This document shows, piece after piece, positions 13,772-26,509 of a stretch of 64,000 nt of DNA (the stretch's first letter is position 1; each line of letters opens with the position of its first letter). The DNA comes from Haliotis cracherodii (Eukaryota). The DNA lies in contig NW_027266319.1 in the NCBI RefSeq assembly GCF_022045235.1, positions 38,750,001 to 38,814,000 of the forward strand, read 5' to 3'. The notes under the pieces are model-generated. The model was not told the origin of the DNA, made no database searches, and worked only from the letters and a program-made list of their open reading frames with translations. Made by a program: the position numbers and the translations under genes.

Positions 13772-14755
13772 ATGATGAATTCATCGGTACATGGGGAATC
13801 ACAGAAAAACCTATCAGCAGCGATTTTAATCCTGATTGGTGCTGTTGGTGCTTTTGTGGTACATGGTGTTTCATTGGTTGTATTCATCAAATCGCAGATG
13901 AGTCTTACCAATAAGCTTACGTTTGGACATCTTTCCGTGGTTTATTTGGTGATGATAGTCATTTCTCAACCCTTCATTATCTCATCTGAATTTTTAAACA
14001 ATTCCCCTTTCAATGACATTTGGATTCAAATACTAGGCCTAATTAATTTTGTTTGTGTTTTCATTTCCATGTACAATGTAATGTTTATCGTAGTTGACCG
14101 CTACATTCTTGTTTGTCATGAAGCTAAGTACAAAGTGTGGGTAACTCCGACCAGAGCCATCTTCCTAATCATCTTCAGCTGGTTGTTCTGGCTTATCACG
14201 ACAGCGCTGATGTTCATACCAAAACCCAATTTGTTTTATTACGAACAAAGACTATTTTTGTGCATGATGCATATGCATGCTTCAGTATTTTCCTTTCATG
14301 TCGTGGCAGGTCCAGTAGTGACAACATGTGTCATTACCTACTGCTATATTAAAATAATAAAGGCAGTCATGACATTAAATACAGTTGGCACAACACAGGG
14401 TGAATTACGTCAGGTGAACAGACCCGATGTTCAAAACCCAAGGTCAGATGATAAGAAACGAAAATCAGCCATTTTCGTATCGGGGTTTCTAATCATATTT
14501 TCTGTTCCTATGATACCACTAATAGTTGCCATACCAATAACTGTCAACGAAAAGGAAGCGTTATCTAATGGACAGTGGGTGACACTAGTGATATTTTTAG
14601 GCATGTTCTTGAACAGTTTATTTTATGTTTTAAGTTTTCAACCCTTTAAGAAAGCATTTAAAGATTTATTTTGCAAATCCTATGTGCGTAAGCAGAGGAG
14701 AAAGGAACTTCTAGCCAAACTTACACAAGGAAAACCTGCAATACAAAGTCACTGA
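13772..14755 (+). CDS. Intronless rhodopsin-like (class A) orphan GPCR, 327 aa
   Basis: Intact ORF with seven hydrophobic segments, DRY after TM3, Trp in TM4, CYIKI in TM5, degenerate NPxxY (NSLFY) and helix 8 FKKAFKDLFC. Confidence 0.9.
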   Translation: MMNSSVHGESQKNLSAAILILIGAVGAFVVHGVSLVVFIKSQMSLTNKLTFGHLSVVYLVMIVISQPFIISSEFLNNSPFNDIWIQILGLINFVCVFISMYNVMFIVVDRYILVCHEAKYKVWVTPTRAIFLIIFSWLFWLITTALMFIPKPNLFYYEQRLFLCMMHMHASVFSFHVVAGPVVTTCVITYCYIKIIKAVMTLNTVGTTQGELRQVNRPDVQNPRSDDKKRKSAIFVSGFLIIFSVPMIPLIVAIPITVNEKEALSNGQWVTLVIFLGMFLNSLFYVLSFQPFKKAFKDLFCKSYVRKQRRKELLAKLTQGKPAIQSH

Positions 14756-14949
14756 ACACAAATACTGTTTCAATAAAAGATCGAAGGAGGCGACAGTACT
14801 TTGTCCTTCGATAAAGGAGACATTTTTGGCTGATGTCATGACGCTGTTCAAATTACCTCCAACATATCCTTTGGGACATTGTTCTATGATTCCTGTCATT
14901 CAAGATGGCGCACCCACATCAATATTATCGATCAGTAAAACAATTAAAT

Positions 14950-15685
14950 TTAGCAGTGCACCTGTCTGTCTACCTAACAGAGTCCAAACTGGTCTGACTG
15001 TCTGTCTATATGGCGGTATAGCACTTCATCTGTCTGTCTACCCAACAGAGTACTAACCTGTCTAATTGTCTACACAGCAGAATAGCAGTGCATCTTGTCT
15101 ATCTACCCAAAATAGTCCAAACTGGCCTGACTGTCTGTCTACACAGCAGAATAGCAGTGCACCTTTCTGTGTACCCAACAGAGTACTAACATGTCTGTCT
15201 ATATGGTGTTATAGCAGTGCACCTTTCTGTCTACCCCACAGAGTACTAACCTGTCTGACTCTCTGTCCACATGGCGGTATAGCAGTGCATCTGTCTGTCT
15301 ACCCAACAGAGTACTAACATGTCTGATTGTCTGTCTACATGGCGGTATAGCAGTTCATCTGTCTGTCTACCCGACAGAGTACTAACCTGTCTGATTGTCT
15401 GTCTACATGGGGGTAAAGCAGTGCATCTGTCTGTCTACCCAACAGAGTACTAACCTGTCTGATTGTCCACACAGCAGAATAGCATTGACTAGTCTATCTA
15501 CCCAACAGAGTACTAACGTGTCTGACTGTCTGTCTATATGGCGGTATAGCAGTGCACCTTTCTGTCTACCTAGCAGAGTCCAAACTGGTCTGACTGTCTG
15601 ACTGTCCAAATGGCGGTATAGCAGTGCATCTGTCTGTCTACCTAACAGAGTACTAATATGTCTGATTGTCTGTCCGTGTGTCTGT
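14950..15685. repeat. Minisatellite with a unit of about 55-68 bp
   Basis: About 11 copies of tagcagtgcatctgtctgtctacccaacagagtactaacctgtctgattgtctgtctacatggcggta and shorter variants. Confidence 0.9.
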
Positions 15686-15839
15686 CCCCAAGATAAGGTC
15701 TTACTGTATGTCTTCAATATGTTTAGTTATATCACATTCAACACAACATTCGTTCTTTCGTTGTACCTGCTGACTTGTACACTCGTACGCCTACTAACAG
15801 TTATGGCTTGCAGTCCATTTCTGTACCTAGCAGATTGTG

Positions 15840-16098
15840 TTTTGTTTGTTTGTTTGTTTGTTTGCTGTTTAACGCTGCACTCAGCAATATTCCAGCTATG
15901 TGACGGCGGTCAGTAAATAATCGAGTCTGGACCAGACAATCCAGTGATTGATATCATGAGCATCGATCCATGCAATTGGGATACGATGACATGCCTGACC
16001 ACCTGATCCCGTTAGTTGCCTCTTACGACAAGCATAGTCACCTTTTACGGCAAGCATGGGTTGATGAAGACCTATTCTACCCCTCATCTTCAGGGGTC
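15840..16098 (-). mobile_element. SINE family C, full length
   Basis: Family C head, shared tail, (AAAC)n; TSD tagcagattgtg. Confidence 0.9.
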
Positions 16099-17243
16099 TA
16101 GCAGATTGTGACTCACAAGCCTGTATGTCAACGCCGCTGAATTTAGGCAGCTCGCATTAACTGTTCTGTATTAGAGTCTATATGTATGAAACAAGATGAC
16201 ATAAGACGTAAATATTACCATACCCATTTTAAAATGTTCATATTAAACATGATATCGTGTCTGGTAAAAATTGAATTACTGACAACGATTTTCACAAGTG
16301 CACTGTAATGATTGTTAACGTGTATGACTGTGGTAAAAACATAATTAGATATACAATATTCAAATCATGGACTGTTTTTCAAAGTCAAATTCAAATTCAT
16401 GTTCTACGATATCTTAAAAGAAGTACTTTGAGTCACATATTTGCGTTTCGTTCAACCGGTCAATTTCAAGAGATAATTATGTTGACAGTGTCCACGTGTT
16501 ATCCAATTTTATTAACCAAATTATGTTATAACATGTACATATATTGCATTGTATTTCAACCGTTACATGTAAACATGTAAATGTGATGTATACTCACATG
16601 GCCCTCATCAATAAACATTGGCACTGAGATTTAAGCTCCTGTTATATTTAAGTCTTTGGCTGTCAGCTTATCGTTATCATGAAGCAAAAGCATGTATTGT
16701 TTGTTTGAATCTTGTTTAACAACATAGTCAGCAATATTCCAGATAAAAGAAGTCGGCCTGTACATACTCGAAACTGTACTTGTACTGGTACTGGTAGATT
16801 ATTTATTGCAACAAAATTCACATTTGACATACAACCTTACACTATAACATTAACTTTACACAAATAATTACATACTCCACATGTATGATGATGATGATGA
16901 TGATATATGTTCTTAATTCGGAATCTATGGCCGTTGTAAACTAACTTAAGCAAGTCTGGTTAGTGACAAACGAAACATTTATATCAGCCATGTTGCTATG
17001 GCAATGTGGCCAGATTAGGCTGTATCACGTACGATTGGCATCAATCACTTACATATGATTTTAATCAACTGCGATTAAAAATAACTGTGACTACATCACC
17101 GGGACAGTAGTGCACTTGTCCAGCCATTTAGTGACACAGACTATAACGATAGATTAAGTGATCTGTGATTCAATTACATTATTACTGGCAATGTTATTAA
17201 CCTCAAATAATTTAGTTCTTTGCAAAGTATGAATCCTAGATCC

Positions 17244-17410
17244 TAGAAGGGACATTGTCGCGTTGTCGCATTGCCGCGATTTGTTTAACTTTAACAATTG
17301 CTGATTGTTTTTGTCTGGGCGATAACGCGACAATAGGACAAGTTGTCAAAATGTCGCAATGTCGCACGCTTTGGTTAATTTTGACAATCTGACAACATGT
17401 CAATGCCCAA

Positions 17411-17443
<33 letters not shown>

Positions 17444-17890
17444 AGCGAGGCGGCGGCCAACCCACTCATAACATTCGCTGACTTTAGTGACCATATCAAT
17501 TTTGTTTTGACAATGATCAGATGGTTACAAATGATTACAAATAGTTTAAATTTCATTAGACCATAGCCTTTTCTGTTTCCTTATTCTAAAATGATGTTTT
17601 TTTTAAAAATTCTCAATGAAATAAACCAACAATGTTATCCGTTTCACTCTCTATTTTAATAGATATCTTTGGAATGACAGAAGGGACATTGTCGCGTTGT
17701 CGCATTGTCCCCCTTACAAAAACAAGCAAAAGATATCAAAATTAACCAACGCGCAACACTGCGATAATGCGACATTTTGGCCATTTGTCGCATTGTCGTG
17801 CTTTGAATAATACTTTTTATTTTTCCAAAGGGCTACAATGCGACAACGCGATCACAATGTGTAGCGTTGTCCCATTGTCGCCCCCTTCTA
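17244..17890. mobile_element. MITE-like element(s) with tagaaggg/cccttcta ends and repeated tgtcgc motifs
   Basis: agaagggacattgtcgcgttgtcgcattg occurs at about 17245 and 17679; inverted gcgacaacgcg..cccttcta at 17840-17890; poly-C run at about 17413-17443. Confidence 0.55.
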
Positions 17891-18149
17891 CGCAGGCGCC
17901 GAAATGGTTCATACTCTTTTTCAAACTTCTGTGGTCTTTTGTTAGCTCCAATAGTCTCTAAAACCAAAGTAGCAATGGCAATATGGATTGTTTTTCTCAA
18001 AATTACAATAAATCTGTCATCGTTGCTTTTGAAGTTAGTAATACATCGTTATTTTCTGTGTCGTGAATCATAAACCAGACGTGTTTTCACGGCAAGAAAC
18101 AAACACTTTGCATTTCTATAATATTATAATTTAATTCCGGTCTCCGAGA

Positions 18150-18355
18150 TGAGGACACACGGTTGCCCCTGTCGTCCAGACGCCGCAATTTGCTATGCAG
18201 AGTTGCGTCTCCTAGCCGTACCAGAAAACAATGATCATGGGTTCGAATCCCAGCACCATATACCATACTTCACTTAGGGATTTCCTCCAACATCAAGCTG
18301 ACACTCTGTGAAATAACCGAAATTTTGTTCAAAACGGCGTTAAACCACAAGTCAC
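18150..18355 (+). mobile_element. Diverged, internally deleted SINE family A
   Basis: gcagagttgcgtc, gggttcgaatccc, tttcctcc..aagctgacac, ggcgttaaacc. Confidence 0.7.
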
Positions 18356-18882
18356 GTTAGCCACGGGGAGTGCCAGAATTGGGCTGCTTGGCTCCTGAGA
18401 GTTTCAAGGGCATCGGCCCTGTCCTACACTAAAGTACATGTAACACATGTGGTGTCTTTTTGGGTAAGTGATCGAAATATGCCACTGTTCAGTCAGCAGT
18501 AAATGGGTACCCGGTAGGATGATATGGCGATGTGGCTGTTAACCTTCTAGCGCGTCAGAGGCAGCTTGGGTTGTTGTATACTCCCCTTGAAGATGCGAAT
18601 GACCGATGTAATAATGCGATGTATGCATGATATTTATCGTGGAAAAAAGTGCCATACAGATGGACTACGATTATTATTATATTTATTATCATTATATTTA
18701 TAAACGCTCACTCGCTCACTCGCTCACTCGCTCAAAATCGATGAATTCGCTGTGCAGAGCGGCGTCCCAAAGGAGTGTCAGAACACTAAGATCGTGTGTT
18801 CCAATTCCCCGTTCGTCCTCAACAGTTTCTTGTTTTGGACCAACATCAATTCTCCCACATGATGCTGACATGCCGTGACATA

Positions 18883-19151
18883 GTTTATTTGTTTGTTTGT
18901 TGTTTAACGCGCCACTTGGCAATATTCCAGCTATATGACGGCGCTCTGTAAATAATTGAGTCTGGACCAGATGACCCAGTGATTGACTCCATGAGCATCG
19001 ATCCACGCAATTGGGATCGATGACATGCATCAACCAAGTCAGCGAGCCTGATTACCCGATCCCGTTAGTCGCCTCTTATGACAAGCATAGTCGCCTTTCA
19101 TGGCAAGCATGGGTTGCTGAAGACCTATTCTACCCCGGATCTTCACGGGTC
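18883..19151 (-). mobile_element. SINE family C, full length
   Basis: Near-consensus head gacccgtgaagatccggggtagaatagg and (AAAC)n tail. Confidence 0.92.
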
Positions 19152-20409
19152 TCCTTTTTACCCGATCATGTGACGTGTATTGACACATGCCAGTTTCCCG
19201 CACGGGTCAGTGTGGACGGCATGCTTTTGATGTGCAATGTGCAAAGTTTGAGTGTCCCTTGCAACAAGACGGTTATTTCATTCTTACAGCTGAAATAACA
19301 GGGTTCCCAGAAATTTTCTTTTCTCGTATATCTCCGCATTTCGTATCTTGGAAGCACACAACATTCGTCTAAACTCGTCACGTGTCCGCACAAATTATGA
19401 CGCAGGAAATAGGGAATTAGGATTTGTTAGGATTAGGGTTATGTCAGTACCACTGAATGTATTCGTAAAGATAGTTGTCATCATGTGCATAGTTTGGAGA
19501 AAACTGACATAACCAGAACAAGCAAGTGTCTGAGAATGAGGTTGATGATAAGAGAGATATTTTTCCATCGATATTGTACACGGTAGTATCACCTTGTATT
19601 GTGTACTGGGAAATGTGAAGGATGTGTATAAACCGTCAATGGACAAAATAAATTATCATACACAACACTCCTCTTCTGGAGTTAAGGTAAAAATAATATT
19701 ATCCCTTTCTTCATAGATGTTTAATATATGGCATTCAATCGCACACAGTACATTCGCACTATCAACTTCGTTTTGGTAATGAAAGGTTTTTTCTTAAGCG
19801 TTTTTGTTTCCTTATATTATAAGCAGCAGAATATCTGCACGTACAAGTACACAGCAGACGTAATTCAAAATTAACATATAGTTTTCGTTTCAACAAAATC
19901 AGTAATTGCGTTATCGTGTGTCTCGATTTCTGGTCCATCACTTGATTGTCTGGTTTGTTTTCCATGTCACCCTCGCATGGCAAGACTAGCGTTGAATGGT
20001 GTCAGGCAACGTACACAAACCTTATTGCGTAAATTGTCTGAACTGCTGGTGCTACCTGTTGGGCTGTCCATGTTTACACTTTTCGCGAAGTCCTGGTGTC
20101 ATCACTGTTTACATTTCCAGTTTGAAACTATTGTTTTTTATCGGCTCACCTTTGTAATGGCTCAAATTTGTCCATATGATGCAAGATTAAAATTATGTGG
20201 TCTACAATTGGATACAAGCGTGACTATTGTTCAAAATGTTAAATGACCTGATTACACTATAAACAGGGACCAAATATTACAGATATTCAATTAACTTCAG
20301 GTAGTATTTCGTCTATTTCAAGTATTTCTAATACGATAAATTACGTTATTGTTATAGGTTTAATAAGAACTCATCCTACTGCTACATTTAACAAGTGTGG
20401 TGTTAAAGC

Positions 20410-20581
20410 GTGAATGAATGAGTGAGTGAGTATGGTTTTACGCTTTTTGCAATATTCCAGCAATATCACGGCGGGGAACACCAGAAATTGGCTTCACACA
20501 TTGTACCCATGTCGGGAATCGAACCCGGGTCTTCTGCGTGACGAGCGAACGCTTTAACCACTAGGCTACCCAACCGACCGC
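20410..20581 (-). mobile_element. SINE family B
   Basis: Reverse-complement match to 12450-12611. Confidence 0.9.
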
Positions 20582-21956
20582 GGTGTTCAATACAAAGAAT
20601 GAGTATGTGGGTTTACAGGCATAACAAAAACACCTAAGGTACTGGTGTATTCATAAATACTACAGTTTGGTGGTAGCCTTGTGGAAGACATGTCAACTTT
20701 TGAAGAATCAGTGACAAAATAAGCAGTTCCCTATTTGGACTGTACCATATATTTCATAGTCTTGTCAGGTGAACAATTGACTTTCCTTTGCTAGTGCCAC
20801 CAGTTGGGTAGGATACACCTTTTCTGTGAACACCTTGTATGATCACTGTTGATAGTTGTTCATAAACACATGCTTATGAAATGGTCGGAATTGTACAATC
20901 GAGTTTTCTTTCTTTGCTATGGAAATCGCTTTGTCGCTTTTAATTACCATACCATCCGTATCACCAGGAGGATGTATTCCCCATGTGTTTAATGTTACAA
21001 ATCTGTTGTTCATATTCCACCAGAACCTGATTATTCATTCGTCAGTAGTGTCCATCTCATTAACCTCAAACACCTGCGTCATATCGGACTCTTACCCTAA
21101 CAAGCTTATTAACAAGCATTGACACATTACCCAAGGATGTTTGGAACAGGAAGACCTCGCCCAGATACCTTGATTATTAGACTCTGATAAACCCCTAGTA
21201 ATGAAACGATAGGAAATGTCATCTAGTTACACCCATAATGGCTGCGGACATATCTGTTGAAGATTTTGTTATTCATTAGCATCACACATGAACACCGGAG
21301 AATGACTTTTTGCCCCTTGCCCGCCAACACGTACGCTGTCTTGACAGTTTGTGCAGGGTTTGTGTTGTCAGTGGCGGAAGTCTACCATCGACACCAGTTA
21401 GACGTGTGTAGGCAGATCTAGAGTTGCCTTAGAGACCTTGGAGAAGTTGAAATATAAGTATAAAAGCAAGATACGTTTCGTGTATGAGTGCTGCTCGATA
21501 TCGTACGGACGTATTTGTCCCACACAATTACAGGATGAATTTTACTCCACCAGAATCTGCACCTGAAATGATTCAATGTACAGCAATACTAAAGTGCAAT
21601 CCCAATTATATATTTTGACACTATTATGATTGTTTTCATTCCTTTTTAGCCTTGATAAACTATACCTATCTTGTGTATGTTAACTGACCACTACTGTCCG
21701 AAGTCTTGTTTTATTCCTTCACAACTCCTAGATATTGAAAGCACATTTAATGTGTAAAGCAACTGATCAAAATATTCCACTTTTAGTAAGCAGGATTAAT
21801 ATTTAAAAAATTCATAAAGATATTTCACGTACATACTTGTAACCATCCAAATATTTATTTCAAGTAAGTATTTCTCATAAAAAGCACGATAACAATATTA
21901 AAAATCAAGTGTAACTATACTGAAATAATTGTTTTAACAGTTTATTTGATCTAACC

Positions 21957-22150
21957 AACAAATGTTATATTTGGGATAACACTTTCTTAGTAAAGTACAG
22001 ATTCTCCTACTTTTTAAGGGTTGAGTCCCGTCCGGGATACGAACCCACACTTGTCAGAGTGAGGCACCTAATCGCCAGCACACAAAGTCAGCGATCTTAC
22101 GAGAATCTGTACTTTACTAAGAAAGTGTTATCCCAAATATAACATTTGTT
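21957..22150. repeat. Perfect 50-bp inverted repeat around a 94-bp tRNA-like SINE fragment
   Basis: 21957-22006 is the exact reverse complement of 22101-22150; the spacer has B-box-like gtgggttcgtatccc on the minus strand. Confidence 0.9.
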
Positions 22151-22226
22151 ACATTTGACCACTTTCTAATAGAACACATTAGACTGAACCAACGGCATGT
22201 TGTGTGGCTTGGGTCATTATGACGTC

Positions 22227-22379
22227 GGGATGGTCGGGTATTCTAGTGCTTCGCTCGTGACGCTGAAGACCCGGGTTCGATTCCGACATGGGTACAATGT
22301 GCGAAGCCCATTTCTGGTGTCCCCCGCCGGGATATTGCTGGCATATTGCTAAAAGTGGTATAAAATCATGGTCACTCCC
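22227..22379 (+). mobile_element. SINE family B (diverged)
   Basis: Family B sequence; TSD tcattatgacg. Confidence 0.85.
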
Positions 22380-23703
22380 TCATTATGACGCCGAGCCTGG
22401 TTTTGAAAAGTTAAAACTACCAATTTCTTAGACTCACTTCATTATATTTTGGTTTAGTATAATAGCTTCAATTTAATTTATAAAATCGTATTTACAATGT
22501 TGAGCTACGTAGCTTGAGTGTTATAATTGTTTTCTATTTCGCTGTGTAAAGCAGTGTAGACCGTTAAATGTAACACTAGGGAATACTCAATGTCGAGTAT
22601 CTCATGAACCAGTACCAATAGGGCTTAAAAGGCAAAACAGTGATGAAAAGTATATGATTGGATCACTGAACATTTGTGATTACAAAAGGTGTTCGCAAAA
22701 TAAGAAAGCATGTCCTACTCAACCAGTAGAACCCGTCACTCACACAAAATGACAGCGAGCAATATAGGAGATGCGAAACCTCCATGTTTGTTTGTTGCTT
22801 GACACGGCACTCAGTAATACTTTGTAAATAGCCGAGTGTTGGCCAGACAATCCAGTGCTATCTATGCAGTTGGGATACGAAGACATGTAATCAACGAAGA
22901 GCTTATATGTAAGTAAAATGATTTTTTTAGTGAAATTTGAAAAAAAGATAAATGCTATATACATGCCATATACATGCTATACTACCTCAGCAGTTGAGAA
23001 ATATGGATGCAATAAGCTGGATATAGTGGTGAAGATGAAGAGGGAATTCACGATTACAAAATCGTTACCACATCTTCCTGTCGTACAGTTTGTCGTAATG
23101 TTAAGATCTGTGCACAGATCCAGATAAGACCCTGAATAAGGTTTATCCATTGATTCTTTGATTTCCAGCTCTGGTCTTTGTCGCTTTTATAGAACTTCGT
23201 GGAAACGTGACCTTTCCTTGATCTAACTAAAGTAAAAAATTCCGATTCGTACGCAAAAAGACAAGGATCAGTTAGAAGATGGGTGCAGTTAATACACTTA
23301 ACCATGGTATCTCGGCAGTCCTCATCAACTAATGATGGCAGTCACTGGTATTAATCAGCATCGCATGACGCTTTATTATGCCTCAAAGTGAGTTTGACCA
23401 ATCAGAGAGCAGAACGACTAACTCCATATGAGCCCGTATACCGTCAGTAAAAATCCAAGATGGTCGTTACTGACCTGATTGAGACGGTGTACCGTCAGTA
23501 ACAGCCATTTTGATTTTCCAACACCCACCTCACATATTTCACATGGAAATTCTGGTACGGAAATTCGTTATTCGACACTGTTTTGTGTTTTAATATCATT
23601 AATTTTGATGTGCAAGGACGTTCATGTTTTTTTTATCACGTTCGTGACTTCAATAAAGATTATATAAAGTTAAAATTAAAATTAAAATTATCAACAAGGT
23701 TTG

Positions 23704-23782
23704 CAGCCTGGTTCCCTAGGTATGCTGCGCTGGCGCTACACTCAATGTAGCGCCCGCGCAGCATACCCAGGGGACCAGGCTG
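23704..23782. repeat. 79-bp GC-rich hairpin (mini-MITE)
   Basis: 37-bp arms with 3 mismatches and a 5-nt loop; ends cagcctgg/ccaggctg. Confidence 0.8.
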
Positions 23783-23861
23783 AGGTTGTAAGCGTTACGT
23801 TTTCATTTTGACATGATACCAGATAGTGTAAACTTTTCGGCATAATAAATTCGCTATGCTG

Positions 23862-23928
23862 TTTAGTTGCTGTATACGGTGTCATATTAGGTTAGCAGAA
23901 ATATATGACACCGTATACGGCAACTAAA
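23862..23928. repeat. Hairpin with 26-bp arms
   Basis: tttagttgctgtatacggtgtcatat paired with atatgacaccgtatacggcaactaaa. Confidence 0.75.
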
Positions 23929-23978
23929 GACACCATAAGTGATCATTGATAATAAGTGTATTATCTCATTGTCTCTCT

Positions 23979-24224
23979 CGTCAAAGGCGCCGCGATTCGC
24001 TGTGCAGAGTTGCGTCCCTTTGCACGCCAGATACCTATGATTGTGGGTTCGAATCCCGGTTCGCCCCGATTATGTTTCTAGGTTTGTCAGCACCATACCC
24101 GTGCTCGTGGGTTTCACCGAAGTGGTAAACGTCTGAGACCTGCATCACTTCGGGATTTCTTCCCACATTCCGTGATATAACTGGAATACTGTTAAAAGCG
24201 GCGTTAAACCCAACTCACTCACTC
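23979..24224 (+). mobile_element. SINE family A, slightly 5'-truncated
   Basis: Family A body and tail; imperfect TSD ctcattgt(c/g)t(c/t)tct. Confidence 0.9.
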
Positions 24225-25391
24225 ACTCATTGTGTTTCTTCTCCAGAAGCTTCATTAGGACTACTCAAATAACTGTGACAGTACGATTTAACCAGCGTTA
24301 TAAGCGATATATATATGATAACATCTGACTATTGTGAAAATAGTTTAATTATCCATATTATCTGTTTAGCCCTTAAGCCACAAAGACTGCTCTATTTCAA
24401 CATTCTGCATCAACTGTATCAGCACCCAAAAACCAAGATGTTTTAATTACCCTCAAATTTCATTTCGTAAAGGCACTTACTGATATTATAACCATTGTAA
24501 ACAGACAGGTATTATATGATAAATACATATCAATGATAAGATTTATATATAAACCGTCCTGCAGTTTATGTATATGAATTGTATTATAATTTGGATGTGA
24601 AGTTTAAACGACAGGATGAGAGGACGGTCACATGACCGCGAAATTGACGTTCATAAACGTATGAACAACACTTTTAGACGTTCATACGTTTTTCAAGAGA
24701 ATGGATTCTTGAAATGAGGTAAACAGTGACAGATTATTTGCACATTACCGGCAAAAACCCGGAACACGGGTTTATCAGCAACTTCAGAAATCTCTTGTCA
24801 CGTTTATCGTGTCAGCCATTCTGCCTTTATGCAATGCATTACACCTCTCTGTGACTGTGACTGACTCGCTAATTCAATGTAAACTACCGTAGTCATTGAA
24901 AGTACATGAAAAAACTTCAAATGGGTTTTGACCAAAAAATTCCAAACGTTATCAGAACGTTTCTTGGCTGGACACAGTCGCCGAAACACAACAAATGTAA
25001 GGTCCAAAACACAACTACGATACCGTATCAAATACAACACCATCTAATAAGCAGTTCTTGTTTGTTTCATTTATAACCACCATCAAACATGGGGGTCTTT
25101 TACCCAGCACTTTAGTTTTTAACAGACCGTTCTCATCTTACAATTTTATTTGCTGTAACCAAACCACAAGAGATGTTGCTGTAGAGCAATTTGAGCATTC
25201 ATACGCTCACCTCTCGTTTTGGCCATAATAACATTAAATTGTGATAAGCGTTAATAAGTAAATTGTTGAAAGTTATTTTATTTTTTGTTTTTAAAAAGCA
25301 AAGAAAAGAATATATTTCCACTTTCAACGGAGTGAATATCAAGAGTAAACCGTGTCGTTTAAGTTGGTCTGACACTTTCAATAAACCAATG

Positions 25392-25667
25392 GACCCGTGA
25401 AGATCCGGGGTAGAATGGGTCTCCAGTAACCCATGCTTGTTGAAAAGATGACTATGCTTGTCGTAAGAGGCGACTTACGGGATCGGGTGGTCAGACTCGC
25501 TGACTTGGTTGATGCATGTCATCGTATCCCAAATGCGTGGAACGATGCTCATGATGTCAATCGCTGGAGTGTCTGGTCCAGACTCGATTATTTACAGACC
25601 GCCGTCATATAGCTGGAATATTGCTGATTGCGGCGTTAAACAACAAACAAACAAACAAACAAACAAA
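25392..25667 (+). mobile_element. SINE family C, full length
   Basis: Head gacccgtgaagatccggggtag, (AAAC)n tail, TSD caataaaccaatg. Confidence 0.93.
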
Positions 25668-26509
25668 CAATAAACCAATGGACTTTGTGATAAACCTTCT
25701 TAAGATCGCACAGGAGACACAGCAAAGTGTAAGACAGTTTTGAAAAGGCCAATACCCATCGGACAAAATACCGGAGTTATTGATTCGGTTTAACACCACT
25801 TTAAAAAGTATGTTAGGTATCTGAGGGCATGTACATGTTAGCTTACTAAAGGGGGAAAACCTGAAGTGATACAGGTCTTTACAATTTTGGTTAAATAAAA
25901 GCGTCAAAAACATTTCCATAATTACAATATAAAACGTCAAAGCCAGAAAGTATCAGTCCAAATATACTTCCGAAACAGATTACACTGGACGTAAAAGGGC
26001 AATAGCAGTGAAAATAATATGAACAGAACACCTATAGTGTCCGTTGTACGATTCCGACTATATCACATGTGCTTATGAATCAATATCATCCTGTTGGGTT
26101 TACGGGTTAGGCTGTCTATATAGTTTTTAGAGTTTCCTATCTCTGAATTTTTATTCCAACGTGAAATAAATAAAGTTGTATTTCAATTTTCCCCGCCGCT
26201 GTTGAAAATTATGCCAAGATGTTATAAAAAAACATACTACAGCCATTTCATATTCATAAAAATCCCAGGTCAGCTTGATCTTTCTTCATTTATGTTTTAT
26301 TAAACTTCGTTTCCAAGGCAAAGCGACTCGATCTACGTCGTAAATATATTTACAGGCTGGTAGCAAGTGTTTTAAACTATAAAATGGCGTAAATAAGTCA
26401 CACACTTAGTGGAAAACAATAAATAAAATTAATTTCTAATATTTGTTTTATTTCGACCGCCCGCTCTTTTGCTGTTTGAGGTTGGAGATCAAAAACACAT
26501 AACTAAATA

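Noticed and set aside
20640-21560. Higher-complexity stretch with a TATA-like tataaaag at about 21459
   Set aside because: No ORF, splice pattern or recognisable family could be established
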